A stretch of DNA of 61,625 nt, the filler included, from Choristocarpus tenellus KU-1152 (taxonomy: Eukaryota; Protista; Phaeophyceae): NCBI GenBank assembly GCA_964200185.2. It is 7 parts of 7 records of this genome, joined end to end, with 100 filler letters (N's around TTAATTAATTAA, not from the genome) between each part and the next. Parts side by side here need not be neighbours in the genome. Positions count along the whole stretch, not along the records: positions 1 to 18,764 come from CAXNAD020000519.1; positions 18,865 to 22,603 come from CAXNAD020018210.1; positions 22,704 to 26,298 come from CAXNAD020019052.1; 4 more parts are not named here. One strand, written 5' to 3'. The notes under the pieces were generated by a model. That model was not told the DNA's origin. It did no database searches and saw only the letters and a list, made by a program, of their open reading frames with translations. Positions 11,701 through 23,476 of this stretch are shown in pieces. Position numbers and translations under genes: made by a program. Position 1 is the stretch's first letter; every line of letters begins with the position of its first letter.

Positions 11701-12883
11701 GCCTCTTCTTGAATTTCTCTTTCCTTTTTGTGATAATTGGTGAGTGGTTTGTGAATTTGACCGCCTGGGAATGACACTGAACTTCATATGTGATGACGAT
11801 AATAACTACCTATCCAATTGCAGGGCAGGATTCTCTTGCCCCCCCTTCTTCTGAACTACATAGAGTTTATCTCCCTTCTACATGTTTTTCTCTTGTTTTC
11901 AAATCCAGTATACGTTTCTTCAACAGGACTTTACACAAGTTATCTCCTCAAGAAATGTGTACTGTTTTCCCTCTAACCACCTTTTGATCACGGCTTTGGG
12001 ACTCTTCAGACCAATGTGAAGAAAGATATCAGTAATACACCCATATCTACAGTGGGAGTGGTCGATACTTTACACTGTCATCAATTGATTCCACCTTCCT
12101 TCTACCTCTAGTCCAATCATTTCTTGTAAAACATCGCAGGGGGGATGGTCCAAAAAGTTGTTTTTTTGTATGTTGACTGGCAGGGTGCTGACCCATAATG
12201 CCTTCATTGTTTCTACTTTAGAGATCCCATTTGGGCACTTAAGAGGAAAAATATATGCCCTTGGCACAGCCCGCACTTTCTATGCAGGGATGGAAAGAAA
12301 AGCTACCTTTGTACGTTTATCGTTCTGAAACACTGATAAAATCGCAGCCCTTGTGGCCATTCAATGTAGTGCAAAGCAATGACACTACCCTGAAAGAAAA
12401 TAGACAGCAAGATAGCAGCTGCAGTAATTCTGCTTGGGGGTTCTGATATTCATGCATCTACAAATCACACACAAGAAATGAAGTTACTCCCCACCCCAAC
12501 TCAAAAGGGTTGTACCTATGTGGTTTTAAATATTACTCCAGGCCACACAAAAGTATCAATAATAGTACCTACTCCAGGAGTATATAGTAGTATAGATGAT
12601 AAAACCCTGTACAAGCTTTCAGAACAAAATCCTTGAACTTTTTCAAGTTGCAGTCGTAAATATGGACGCTACTTTGTTACTATGGTGGCGGCCTGTCTGA
12701 CACCCATCATAGGCAGCCCTCACCAATGCTCTCTCTTACCTTTCCTAGAGGTGTACTATAGACCTGCTACGGCACTGCCTTAAACTTCCCTGATCAGTAG
12801 TCAAGGCCCATCGTAGTTTTGTGAAGGAGGTCTGAGCATTAAATTTTGCCATGGATTAGTCTCATACTACCCAAAATATGGAC

Positions 12884-13142
12884 GAGCTAAAATATCTTAG
12901 CGGGTGGAGCCGCGTCCATTTGGGGGTCAAAATCCAATATTGCGATTTTGATGTAATTTTGGCTATTGTGTTTATTAGGAAGTGTCAATATCTATGTTTC
13001 GGACGCACGTTTTCACAACATACACATTTTATCTACTCCTAAAAATATTGGAGTAGGAAAATGTCATTACAAAAAACGTTGGAAGCCAAGGCCCAAATGG
13101 ACAAACAGGGCAAAATTCGTACTCTCCAAGATACTTTCACTC
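12884..13142. mobile_element. MITE clan subtype A, full copy in reverse orientation
   Basis: GAGCTAAAATATCTTAG...TACTCTCCAAGATACTTTCACTC; flanks GAC/GAG (3-bp TSD with 1 mismatch). Confidence 0.8.
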
Positions 13143-15639
13143 GAGGTGGACTCACAGCAGGCCTATAGTAGCATGCCAGAATCATGGGATACCCTGCACT
13201 TGAAATATTTTATTATGATCATGGAACAGACCGTACGCTCCATATATTTGCCCTAATCTATGCAGAGAGATAACAGAATGGGTGTATTTTCCAAGTCCTC
13301 CTATGGCCTAGTAGTCAAATGTAAAATGTACTTGCCTGACTGGAAAGTATACCTCATCCTGCCCCACCAGCTGACAATATGCTGTCACCATAGACCTGAT
13401 ATCGTCTCCACTACGAATGGCCTCAAGCTGAGGTTGAGAGGTTCGAGGTCAAAATAAGTGCAGAAAGAAAGCAAGGCACTGCTCTATGCAATTCACGGCT
13501 CCAACAGTTGTAAAAGGTACCAACTACTCGCAGGTTGATTTGGATTGGTCTGTGGTAGATAGGCAACTATTACTTTGCCTATTCCATTTTGCAGCATGAA
13601 TGACTCAACGCACTCACAGTGAGCACCGTTTGACTTGGTCCATACACAAGTTGAATTGAACTTCAAACCAACAAAAATGACCAAAAATGGCAACACTCGA
13701 CCCATACTTACTTTTATCCCGTCTGCTGTGTCCACAGTATTCAAAATCTCTGAGTAGGTCATGTTATCATGGGTAGGTTTGATGAAATCTCCACAGTTGT
13801 AACAGCAGTAAGGGTGGCAAAAATAGAGAGGGAGGAGGTGCAAATGCTTAGGTCGACACTCATGCACTGAATCTTCCACACAACCTTCCATGTCATCTCT
13901 TGCCATAGGGTATTAACCAGATTGATATCCCAACACCAACTTCTATTCCAAGTACTGATTATGTTATCCAACTTCAATGGTTGAAGAGTGAGTAGAAGCT
14001 CAAACTGAACTTGTTCTGGGTCGGCATGCAGCCCTCAAGAAAGAAATTATTATTTATGCCTTGATCCCTTCAGTTCATGCCTCTACATATCCGACTGATT
14101 TTGAAACAGAACAGAAGGAACGAATTAGCCCGTACCACTACATAGTTCTTCTTTGCCACTCTGTTGTAATATCAGTGGCAGTTTTCTTCCTTGGTACTGA
14201 ATTCTCACTCCCCTTAGGGTGTCATGTCCATTTCATCGTTGTACCTCAAAAATGGACCAAATAAGAGACCAATCTAGATGTGCTTGTATCTGCGAAAGAG
14301 TGTATTCCTAGTTTCGACTCAATGCTTCTTCTCTGGTAAATCGCATTGATGACAATGTTCCATAATATTTTGAACACTTAGGAATCAAGGCTTACAAAGC
14401 TTGTAGTTAGGGGCAAGAAGCTCATTGTCTATATAAAAAAGAAGTAGATTATTCATCGTATCGCTTACAGCCATTATTTCTCAGAAAAAGTACCTGAAGT
14501 TGTTAAAATCTGGGAAGACATTGGGCCGCATAGTTGCACTATTCAACACCCCATGAGGAATTTGAAATCTCGATACTGACCTCAAAGCTTGGGAGATTCA
14601 TACATGTGTGACTTTCAGTAATATAGGCAAGAACCACTTTGTGAAACAACACCCTACTGGAAATGCATTGCAAATCCGGTCATCAACAATGTTCGGACGA
14701 TCCCAACAGTGTGATTTCTTCCGCAGTCCAACTACATCTAATAATATATCCATTTACGATTTTTGCATCCTCACCAGGCAAAGTGTCCTTGTTCCATCTC
14801 GGTTCAAACTCCCACTTTTCTGATGCCCCCAAATGGTAGTTGTATGCTGCAGGTGAAGAGAACAGTGTGCATGCAAATTGTTGTTCAGATTCAGACAGAA
14901 AACACAGGTGGGGGGGACAGAGGATTGCAATGTTATTGGGGAGAGATGAAACTCCCGATTCACATTTAACATGACAAGTACATAATAGAAGCAAATTCTT
15001 GATGAGGTAACAGTCTATGTAGAGGGTAGTTGGGGGGTAATGAGATTCGACAGAAAAGGAGGTGTGAAAGCTAATCTGCACATAGGCAACAATATCTAGA
15101 TGTGTCACATTTGTAAGGCCTGACAGGCGGCAGTCATTGGTCTGAGCTACCCTTGGGAATCCCCCCCTGTTTCATAGTAGCCCACGTTCCAAGTATGTTG
15201 TAGTCATGGCCTCTAGAAGAACAGCTATATCGTCTGACATGTGCCGTAAGCATTGCCAGAACTATATTCTAAACAAAATGACAACAGCAAGGACGAAGGA
15301 AGTTTGTACAAGAGAACCCACTATGTTTTTCTATTGATGCTCTATCGATGAGTTCTTGATTTTTCTAAATGTCAACAAGATATCAACAGACATGCTCTTG
15401 CCATATTTGAAAATGCTACAAAGAATCCCAGTCCTCTGCCAAACAACAAGATCTACATCACATACAGTAACTAAATCCGCTCCAAAAACCATCAATTACC
15501 ACACATACACAGAGGGAAAGACATTCACATGCTCACTCGAAAATGAGGGCAAAAGGACTCAATATGGCTCAGTCACGGGGAGGGTCTGTCTATGCATGCT
15601 GCTCTAGAACTAGTACTGCTTGTTGCTACCTCGTCCCCT

Positions 15640-17220
15640 TGACCGACAAATTAGCAACCATCAACTGTTTCCATATGAACAGCTTTCACTCAGAACAATC
15701 CTACCAATTCGAACCAGTGCATGTACAAGACTGTATCCTGCCCGACCTCCTTGACCAACTAACACGGAGACTAGACACCTTGAAGCAAAATGACCCTGCA
15801 TTTTTTCTCACACAGGTCCTGTTAAGGTTAGCTTTTGATTCGGCAAGGTTAACTTGGCGGATATTTTCGTAGAATGCACAGCACAGCTGGAGTGAGCTTG
15901 TCTCAATTTCACACATCAGAAGTAGAATTTTCAACTCTGTAGGACCTACACAACTCTGCTAGATGTGTATCAATAAACGCATGCATATGCATTCATGGAT
16001 CCTTCTGATCCAATACTTGGGTGTCTGTAAGAAAGCAGCGAGCCCAATCAACCGTAACCTAAGCCGCACCCTGCGAACATGTGTTGGTATTGACGACAGG
16101 AAGGTTTGCAAGCAGTATTGAAGGTGTCTCCCTCATGGAATCCTTGCTGCATTAGTGCTGCTACACAGGATTGAAGTGTAACAAGAAAATAGGCACTTCT
16201 GTTTCCAGTCACAGCACTCAAAGCTACTTCCATCTGTTCTACAGTAAACATGTCTCCCCTTAATAGAAGACAAAAAAAAGAAGACATACTGCCCACCATA
16301 CATATGGTTACATACAATGTTAACTTTTGTCAAATATAACCACCTTTCCGAGAATGGACATAATGTGGGTGGTCCATGATATCAGGGCTCAACAAGATAG
16401 AGTACTTGGGTTTCACCATCCTTTCCAAGTGATTCCAACCTGACAATATGAAACTTTCATTGTTTTTATTTACATTTAAATTTAAGCCCAGGAGATACAA
16501 GCTTTAATGAAACTAAGTCTCAAACCGAGAAATGGCATGCTCTCTCTTCACCTGAAAGAATCATATCAAAAGGATCCCGGACAAATTGAACAATCTTTAT
16601 TCTTCCACGACTACTCCCCATGGGGGTGCATTTTTCTTGAACAGCATAGCTTCGGCATTTCTCAAATACAACCCCATACGTTACAGCCTTCTGTGCTCTG
16701 GTGAGAATGTTGGCATAGGACGAGGGAAACAGGGAAGTGGATATCAATCGTTTTTGTTCTTGAAGTATCAAGCAGTGGCAACAAAAATGCCTTGTATTGG
16801 ATCATTTCCCCATGAAAGCGGTGAGCTTATCATACATATCCAGGTGTAGGAAGGTCAAGAGAGTATTGTTTATGCATTTGTTTGATCTTCTCAAACCTGT
16901 GACCAGAGAGTGTAAAGCAGACAAGAAAGAAATAAGAGCAATAATATATATATATATATGTGGAATAATGTATTGAAGAGGAAACCTGACAGGGACTCAG
17001 ACACAGCAATGAAGGTTTGGGTATCAAGTCTATCTAATCATTCCAGGAAAATGTCACACCAGCTCCCAGGTCCACTTCCCAGAATAAAAACTAGGTTCCA
17101 AGTGTTCTCCATCCACTGTAGTACAAGTCTAGAGCACAACAAAACAACAAAAAAAAGGAAGTCCTAGACAGGCACATCCCTCGGTACATACTGCACTATC
17201 GATATTAATGAAGTGTTCCT
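15640..17220 (-). pseudogene. Decayed Mutator/MULE-type DDE transposase followed by a SWIM finger
   Basis: Ordered degenerate motifs: FINIDS (~17200, first D); FLHLD...K*SNTRHFCCHCLILQEQKRL (~16800, D...WP...CxxHxLQ register); FHEGDTFNTACK (~16120, TNN..E register); SCTC...IWKQLMVA (~15720, CxC...CxH). Many stops and frameshifts. Confidence 0.4.
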
Positions 17221-18701
17221 GGAGCAAGTGTTGTATAACACTAAAATTTCGCAAACATGCATGTATTTCACAACTCCCATGACTTTCTCGTTAATACTTG
17301 AATACAACAAGGCATGACAACAAGAAACCCACAAAATATTAAACAAGCCATGCACAGGCACAATCCTTTGTTGCAGTACATGCCAAGCATCATAACAAAG
17401 GGTAGCCTCCTACGAATACCTACATCAAAGCAGAAAAGAGCACATCCGCATGTAAGGTTATCCCTCTACAATTTACCATATTTGTTACTTCTTTCTGTGC
17501 TATGGGCAGGCACACATACTTGGACCAGAAGATTACTTTTAACCGAAGGTACCTGTTTCATATGTACAATTTTTGTTCAATATTCAACATATCTCCAGTC
17601 ACCATCTAATCAACTACAGAATATGTACGTATATTTTAAAATTATAACTGATACTGATAACGAAAATATATTTCCGACCTATGATCGTGGCAGGGCAAAC
17701 TGGACAAAGGAGAAAGCCTAGATTACACTAAATCGATTCATATCCGTTCTTTATTTCTACGTTTCACAATGTAAAGATTGTCCTCCATACAATAACCAAT
17801 TGTAAGACAGATATTTTCTCAACCAATCAATTGCAGGTAGGAAATAATATGCATCCAGCACTAGTAACCTAATGGATCGATACATTGAAACACACTTGAA
17901 CATATGGAGGCAAATTGCCTGTTTGAGATGAGAAGTCAAATGGTTTAGTCATAAATTTACAGATAGGAACAAAATACTTTCAAAAATGAAACTGATTTTT
18001 TCTGTGGATTACCTGAATACAATCGATGTTCACTTGAGAACATTATCAGAACAAGCACAGAAAGGGATAGTTGGATGTTACAGGAGTACAAATCTGAAGA
18101 ATACCTCCTAAGTTTTGGAATAGTCCATTAGCATAAACCACACGAAATTTCGGATTATAGAGTAAGATGGATCAGCATATTGAACTGGATTTGATATTGA
18201 AAGTGAAATGACAAATGCAGCTTACTAAAATCTAACCTAGGGTATACTGAAGTTTTCCACTTTCAAAAATAGATCAAAAATGGATCAATTTGACAGAAAC
18301 CTAGAGTATCGTGAGTGACTAGGGCTGCAGCAACTCAACAAAATATATTCCTCTATGTATAGAACACACACGCACGCACACACACACACACACACACACT
18401 GTGCGTTTCCTCATGGTTTACTAGAGAAATATGATTGGATAGTAACACGTGTTCTATCCACGGAGGCTGTGCAAGGGGCAAAAGAGAAGCACTTATCCAG
18501 GAGAGGCACAGGGGGGGCTGTGTCTGGATAGAAGGGGTGGGTTATGCTGGAGGTTGAGTGCACGCCTTCTAGCACAAAAAAAAACATAACGAGTTAAACC
18601 GGTATGTGTACCTGCAGGGTCTGTGCGTAAATTGACCTTTACGTGGACAACAGGGAGTTCAAGAGTAGCAGTGAAGTCACTGTACGCCAGGATCCGATCA
18701 G

Positions 18702-18764
18702 CAGTGAAAGTATCTTAGAGGGTACGTTTTTTGCCCTGTTTGTCCGTTGTTTGGGTTTGGCTTC
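18702..18764. mobile_element. MITE clan subtype A, truncated by contig end
   Basis: CAGTGAAAGTATCTTAGAGGGTACG...CCCTGTTTGTCC, then the linker. Confidence 0.8.
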
Positions 18765-18864
18765 NNNNNNNNNNNNNNNNNNNNNNNNNNNNNNNNNNNN
18801 NNNNNNNNTTAATTAATTAANNNNNNNNNNNNNNNNNNNNNNNNNNNNNNNNNNNNNNNNNNNN
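18765..18864. other. Artificial contig linker N44-TTAATTAATTAA-N44
   Basis: Identical 100-bp construct occurs six times; the core gives stops in all six frames. Confidence 0.95.
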
Positions 18865-18872
18865 CAGTTACG

Positions 18873-21800
18873 TTGACCGGGGGAAGGGGGGGGATGGGGA
18901 AGGGTGAGGGTGGGGCACAAAGAGCATCGTTGTCGTTACTTTGCCCTGGGGCTTGTTTGTCACTGTTGAGGTGTGTGCAGTTACTGTGTCTACATCCAGG
19001 GTTGCAATTGGCTCTGGGAGAGTGTGGTTTAGTCTGGAAGCTGGTGCCTTTCATGCTGAGCTTTGACCCTACTGTGGAAGATGATGAGGACGATGTCTTA
19101 CAGGTAGGTTTGGGTGTTGTGGGTTTTGAGAGGGATTGTGGACTGGGATGGTGGAGGAGACTGGAGATTTTGATGGCAAGGGTTGGAGTATCTCCTAGTG
19201 ACAGAAGAGGAGGCGTGTTTGTAGGGTTTGAGAGTTTTTGTAATTAGGGGTCACTTCTAATATTCTTGTGTCCAGAGGTCGCTCTTATTATTTGTTTTAG
19301 TTCCACAATGCTTGTGAACGGTTGACATGTGCAGGGATGGGATAGGCATCATTGTGTGTGTGCTTGTTTGAACAACAGAGAATGGCAGTTGCCAGTCTTA
19401 GAGGCTATTGGACAGGGATGACAGTTGTATGTGTAGGTAAGTACTGAAGATTGGATGTGCTTATGCTGATAATATGTGTATTTTCAGAATAGATTGAACC
19501 TTTGTGGTTGAAGTTCTCTCCTTTCAAGAAAGATGGATGGAGCCAGTATAAGCAGGGTTAATTATGCCTCACATTCAAGGGCCCGCTAATTGTTCTATCT
19601 CTAATAGTTCCATGTATTTTGTTGATGAAGGGGGAAAATGTTGTGACCTTACGACCTTACCGAGTAAAGAGGAGTCTTGCGACCAGTGACCAAAACACAC
19701 ATACACACACAAACACACACATACTATGCTCTTACACTTTAGTTGAGACTTGTTGATCAGAAATATTTGTTTCTTAATTCCAACTCATTCACGTTGGTTC
19801 CATACCCTCGCACCAGCTGATCACACCTCCTATTCAACATTGCAGTCTTCACATCACAATCTTAACATTACAACACTATAATCTCAACATTACAGTCTTC
19901 ACATCACAATCTTAACATTACAACACTATAATCTCAACATTACAGTCTTCACATCGCAATCTTCACATCACAACCTCAACATCATAACCTCGGCATTACA
20001 ATCTCAACACTATTGTATCCACTTTACAATCTTCCATCTTCCATCTTCCTCATCCCCCGTGTTACAAGGTTGAAGCCTTCTCAGTCAAACATTGGGAGAC
20101 CAATCGTTTTGCCAATGCAAGAGCCAGGGCTTCTGCTCGAGCACTAGGATGCCTGTGTGGGAGAATGACAAGAGATTTATCCACACCATATTATCCTGTG
20201 GCTGTGGCAGCAATGGATGCTCTTCTGACACCCCAGCTGGGACGGCTGCTGCGAAATCATGACGGCAGGAAGGTCAGTGCAAAGGGCTTGGGGGGGGAGG
20301 GCTCAATGTAGAGTAGGGGTGTGTGTGTGTGTGTGTGTTTGATTGCATTCGGCCTTTGATATTGAAGATAGTTTGGTGGATTTGATCCGATCTTTTTGAT
20401 TTTTTAATAATATTGCACGTATGTCTTAATCTTATGTCTTAATCTGATATCTTAATCTTAATGTCCTCATTAAGGTTTCTTTTTTTTCTTGTCACAGTAC
20501 TCTACAACACACTTTTCATTTTGTCACGGTGATCTATGATTAGGGTTAGGGTTAGGGTTAGGACTGTCCTACATATATATATATATGTATATTTTGAGAA
20601 CATTTGTAACGATGTCATTATTTTTGTTGCATATGTTTTTCTTTCTTTTCACTCCGCTGCACTGTGTGACATTTTTTGTGATATTATTTGTGTGACATCA
20701 TTTGTGACATCGTTTGTGACCTTGTGATTGAACACCAGTTGCTGAGCTCTTTGGCTACGGGAGTGGAGAGTGCATCGATGATTTGGCGACCTGGGATGAC
20801 AAGACAGGTTATGCTTATCCTTTGTTCCTTCTCTTTTAAAGTGCTGAAATCCTGCTTAGGGTTAGGGTTGTGGTTTTCCTGAGGAGGATTTATAGGAGTA
20901 TATATATATATAATTTGTGTTGAAAGAGTATTTGCTGGGGATGTAGAGGTATGCCTGTTTTAGATCTAGGTGGCATGACTGGTTGGTCCACACTTCAACT
21001 TCTTTTTTTTAAGAAAAAGGTATACTCCATTATTGGGTGTGTTTTCATGAAGGGGCATGGACCCTCAAACAATTATCAGCTGTGATGCAGGAGGTTCTGC
21101 CTGCAATATGTAAAGGCAATGAGGAGAGTAGTCACTGGATCACATTAGAAATCCTTTGTCTGTCTCTCTCCAGATGACTCCTTGTGTTATGATCATACAG
21201 ATGTTGGTACACCAATTTGTTCATTAGTGCTCCCTCCTGAGAACTCGAAGTACTCCTACTCTCCCCCTTGTACATATATATATATATACATTATTCTCTC
21301 CCCTTAGTGTATGTATATAATTCTCTTCCCCTAGTATATACATTATACTCTTCCCCTAGTATGTATGTATTATTCTCTTCCCCTAGTATATACATTATAC
21401 TCTTCCCCCACCCTAATCCGCTCTCGTCTTAAGTTTCATCTTGATGCCACTGTTACTGTTGTACTCCCTTACACGCTATACATTCTATGCACACTACAGC
21501 TGCTCTCTTACTGTGCTCAGCACCAAGGGGAAAGGGGTGACTCTCAAAGGCGCAGTGTCAAAGGAGAGCTGGAAAAGATTTCGACAGGATTTCACCACAC
21601 AGTCCTGGATGAAGAGCTACAGGTCCGACACCCCGTAACGGCCCTATATACTCCCAATAAATGGTACCCTCAGATGGTATTCGACTCTAGGATTAAGGAG
21701 TATCTTGGTGCTGGAGGAAAAACTTGGGGATGGAATAGTTCAACGATGTCATCATCAATCTCTTCATTCCGAGTAAAGCTTGAGTTGACAATACTGCACT

Positions 21801-22127
21801 GAGCATGCACCAACCCCATTCGTCCTCCTTGTCCTAAACGGATTTCCTCAGTCAGACTAGAGGTTCATCACTGGCCAGACTTGCTTATTCCGATTTCAAT
21901 TTCCTGGAAAGCCTTTATCCCCCGATGCGATTTTCATTTCTTCTCAAGGGGATATACTTACATCTGTTCTGTTTCATTTCTTGGTGTATATGGAAGGTTG
22001 GGGGAATATACCTTCGTCTTTTCAACAAGGACCCCCAGCGTGCAGTGAGGGAGTTGGACTCGGCCGAGGCGTTTGCAGTCGCTCTACTTGTCGACATCGA
22101 CCAGAGGGTTTCGACAGGAGTAGGCGG
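18873..22127 (+). CDS. DNAJC13: RME-8/DNAJC13-like endosomal protein, internal fragment; exons <18873-19103, 20069-20272, 20739-20807, 21500-21622, 21997-~22127
   Basis: Phase-0 GT-AG splicing gives CGLVWKLVPFMLSFDPTVED / RALGCLCG...TPYYPVAVAAMDALLTPQLGRLL / LLSSLATGVESASMIWRPGMTRQ / LLSY...GFHHTVLDEELQ / VGGIYLRLFNKDP...AFAVALL. This is colinear with the RME-8 motifs LW.L...L..YD.T, TP.N....L..LLTP, ESP.LIWN..TR.EL and EL.VG.IFVR.YN. Confidence 0.8.
19835..20030. repeat. Intronic minisatellite of ~14-bp subunits (e.g. ACATTACAGTCTTC) with a 50-bp higher-order duplication
   Basis: Directly visible periodicity. Confidence 0.8.
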
Positions 22128-22571
22128 GTGGGTATTTTTGTTAGCAACTGTCCCTTTTTTTTATTTCAGAGCATGAAGTAAATTGCATCGATGTGTGATC
22201 GATCCGAAGTCGGCTCAAATGAATGCCTCTGTTGATGTAGAGTGTGTTCCCCTTGATGTCGTAGATGGACCGATACATTGCAAGACCGCTACGGAAGAGG
22301 CTCTTCTGAGATCGACGACAATGCCCTGACCGGAGTCTACCGTGCACAGATGCTACATTTTGGGTATTTTTTTTTATATTGTTAAAACAATCGGTGCCGT
22401 TACGTTCTTGACAGTTTCGTTTGCGGTGATTGCAATGACTCCATTTTTCCTGCTGCTCGTGCTCTGAGAGCAGGGTGCGAATTTGATTCCTGGGGTTCGT
22501 GAAGGGGGGGGGGGGGGGGGGGGGCCTTTCTGGTTTTTTTTCCTTTGCCTTTTAATTTTTTTTATATTTTT

Positions 22572-22603
<32 letters not shown>

Positions 22604-22703
22604 NNNNNNNNNNNNNNNNNNNNNNNNNNNNNNNNNNNNNNNNNNNNTTAATTAATTAANNNNNNNNNNNNNNNNNNNNNNNNNNNNNNNNNNNNNNNNN
22701 NNN
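22604..22703. other. Artificial contig linker
   Basis: N44-TTAATTAATTAA-N44. Confidence 0.95.
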
Positions 22704-23053
22704 TACCTTGCTGGAACCCTGACACTAATCTCACTGCTCTATCTCCTTTTCCCCTCCCCCCTCCCCCCCCCTTCTCAAATGCAATGCCTTGATGACCTAA
22801 AAATTATTTCTTCATTTTGATCTTTTTCTGCTTTGTTGCTGTTGCTGTTGCTTGTTTCACCACGTTAGTAAATTGAATACACATTATCAACACATTTGTG
22901 CTTCTTTTGTCATTTTGTCGCGTTAATACATGGAATACATACATTGATACACTGAATACACACACTATACTGTTGTAGTTTTTGTTATTTTATTGTTTTT
23001 AATACTGCTACTGCTCTCTGTGTTTCATTTTGTCTTGCTTTTATATTTTTCAG

Positions 23054-23437
23054 GAAAAAGAAATGGAAAATAACCCATCTCTTGATCTGGTACAGGAGGT
23101 CATGGACCTGTTTAGACAGGCCACAGAGCTGTTTGGGGCAGTCAATGACTCACGGCACTTACAGGTATACCTTATTTATGTCTATTTTGATAGTGAGTGT
23201 GTGTGGTTTTTGACAAAAGATACACCTTTTTTGTCTTGTGCATGAAATGAACAATTATAATAATAAATGTCCCTGAGTAATGAGAGAAGTGGATGGGAAA
23301 TGAAAAAGATTTGTGTTTTAGTTGATGAAATATTTTCTGCACAGGAGAGAGGATTGATTACTTAAGGTATACCTTAAACTGCAATGGAAAATATCATACT
23401 GGTACAGTATGTTTTACTCTGATTGCGCCCATCACCT

Positions 23438-23476
<39 letters not shown>

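Noticed and set aside
18809-18820. Recurrent TTAATTAATTAA motif as a biological site (for example a piggyBac TTAA target)
   Set aside because: It is always centred between 44 Ns, so it is an assembly linker.
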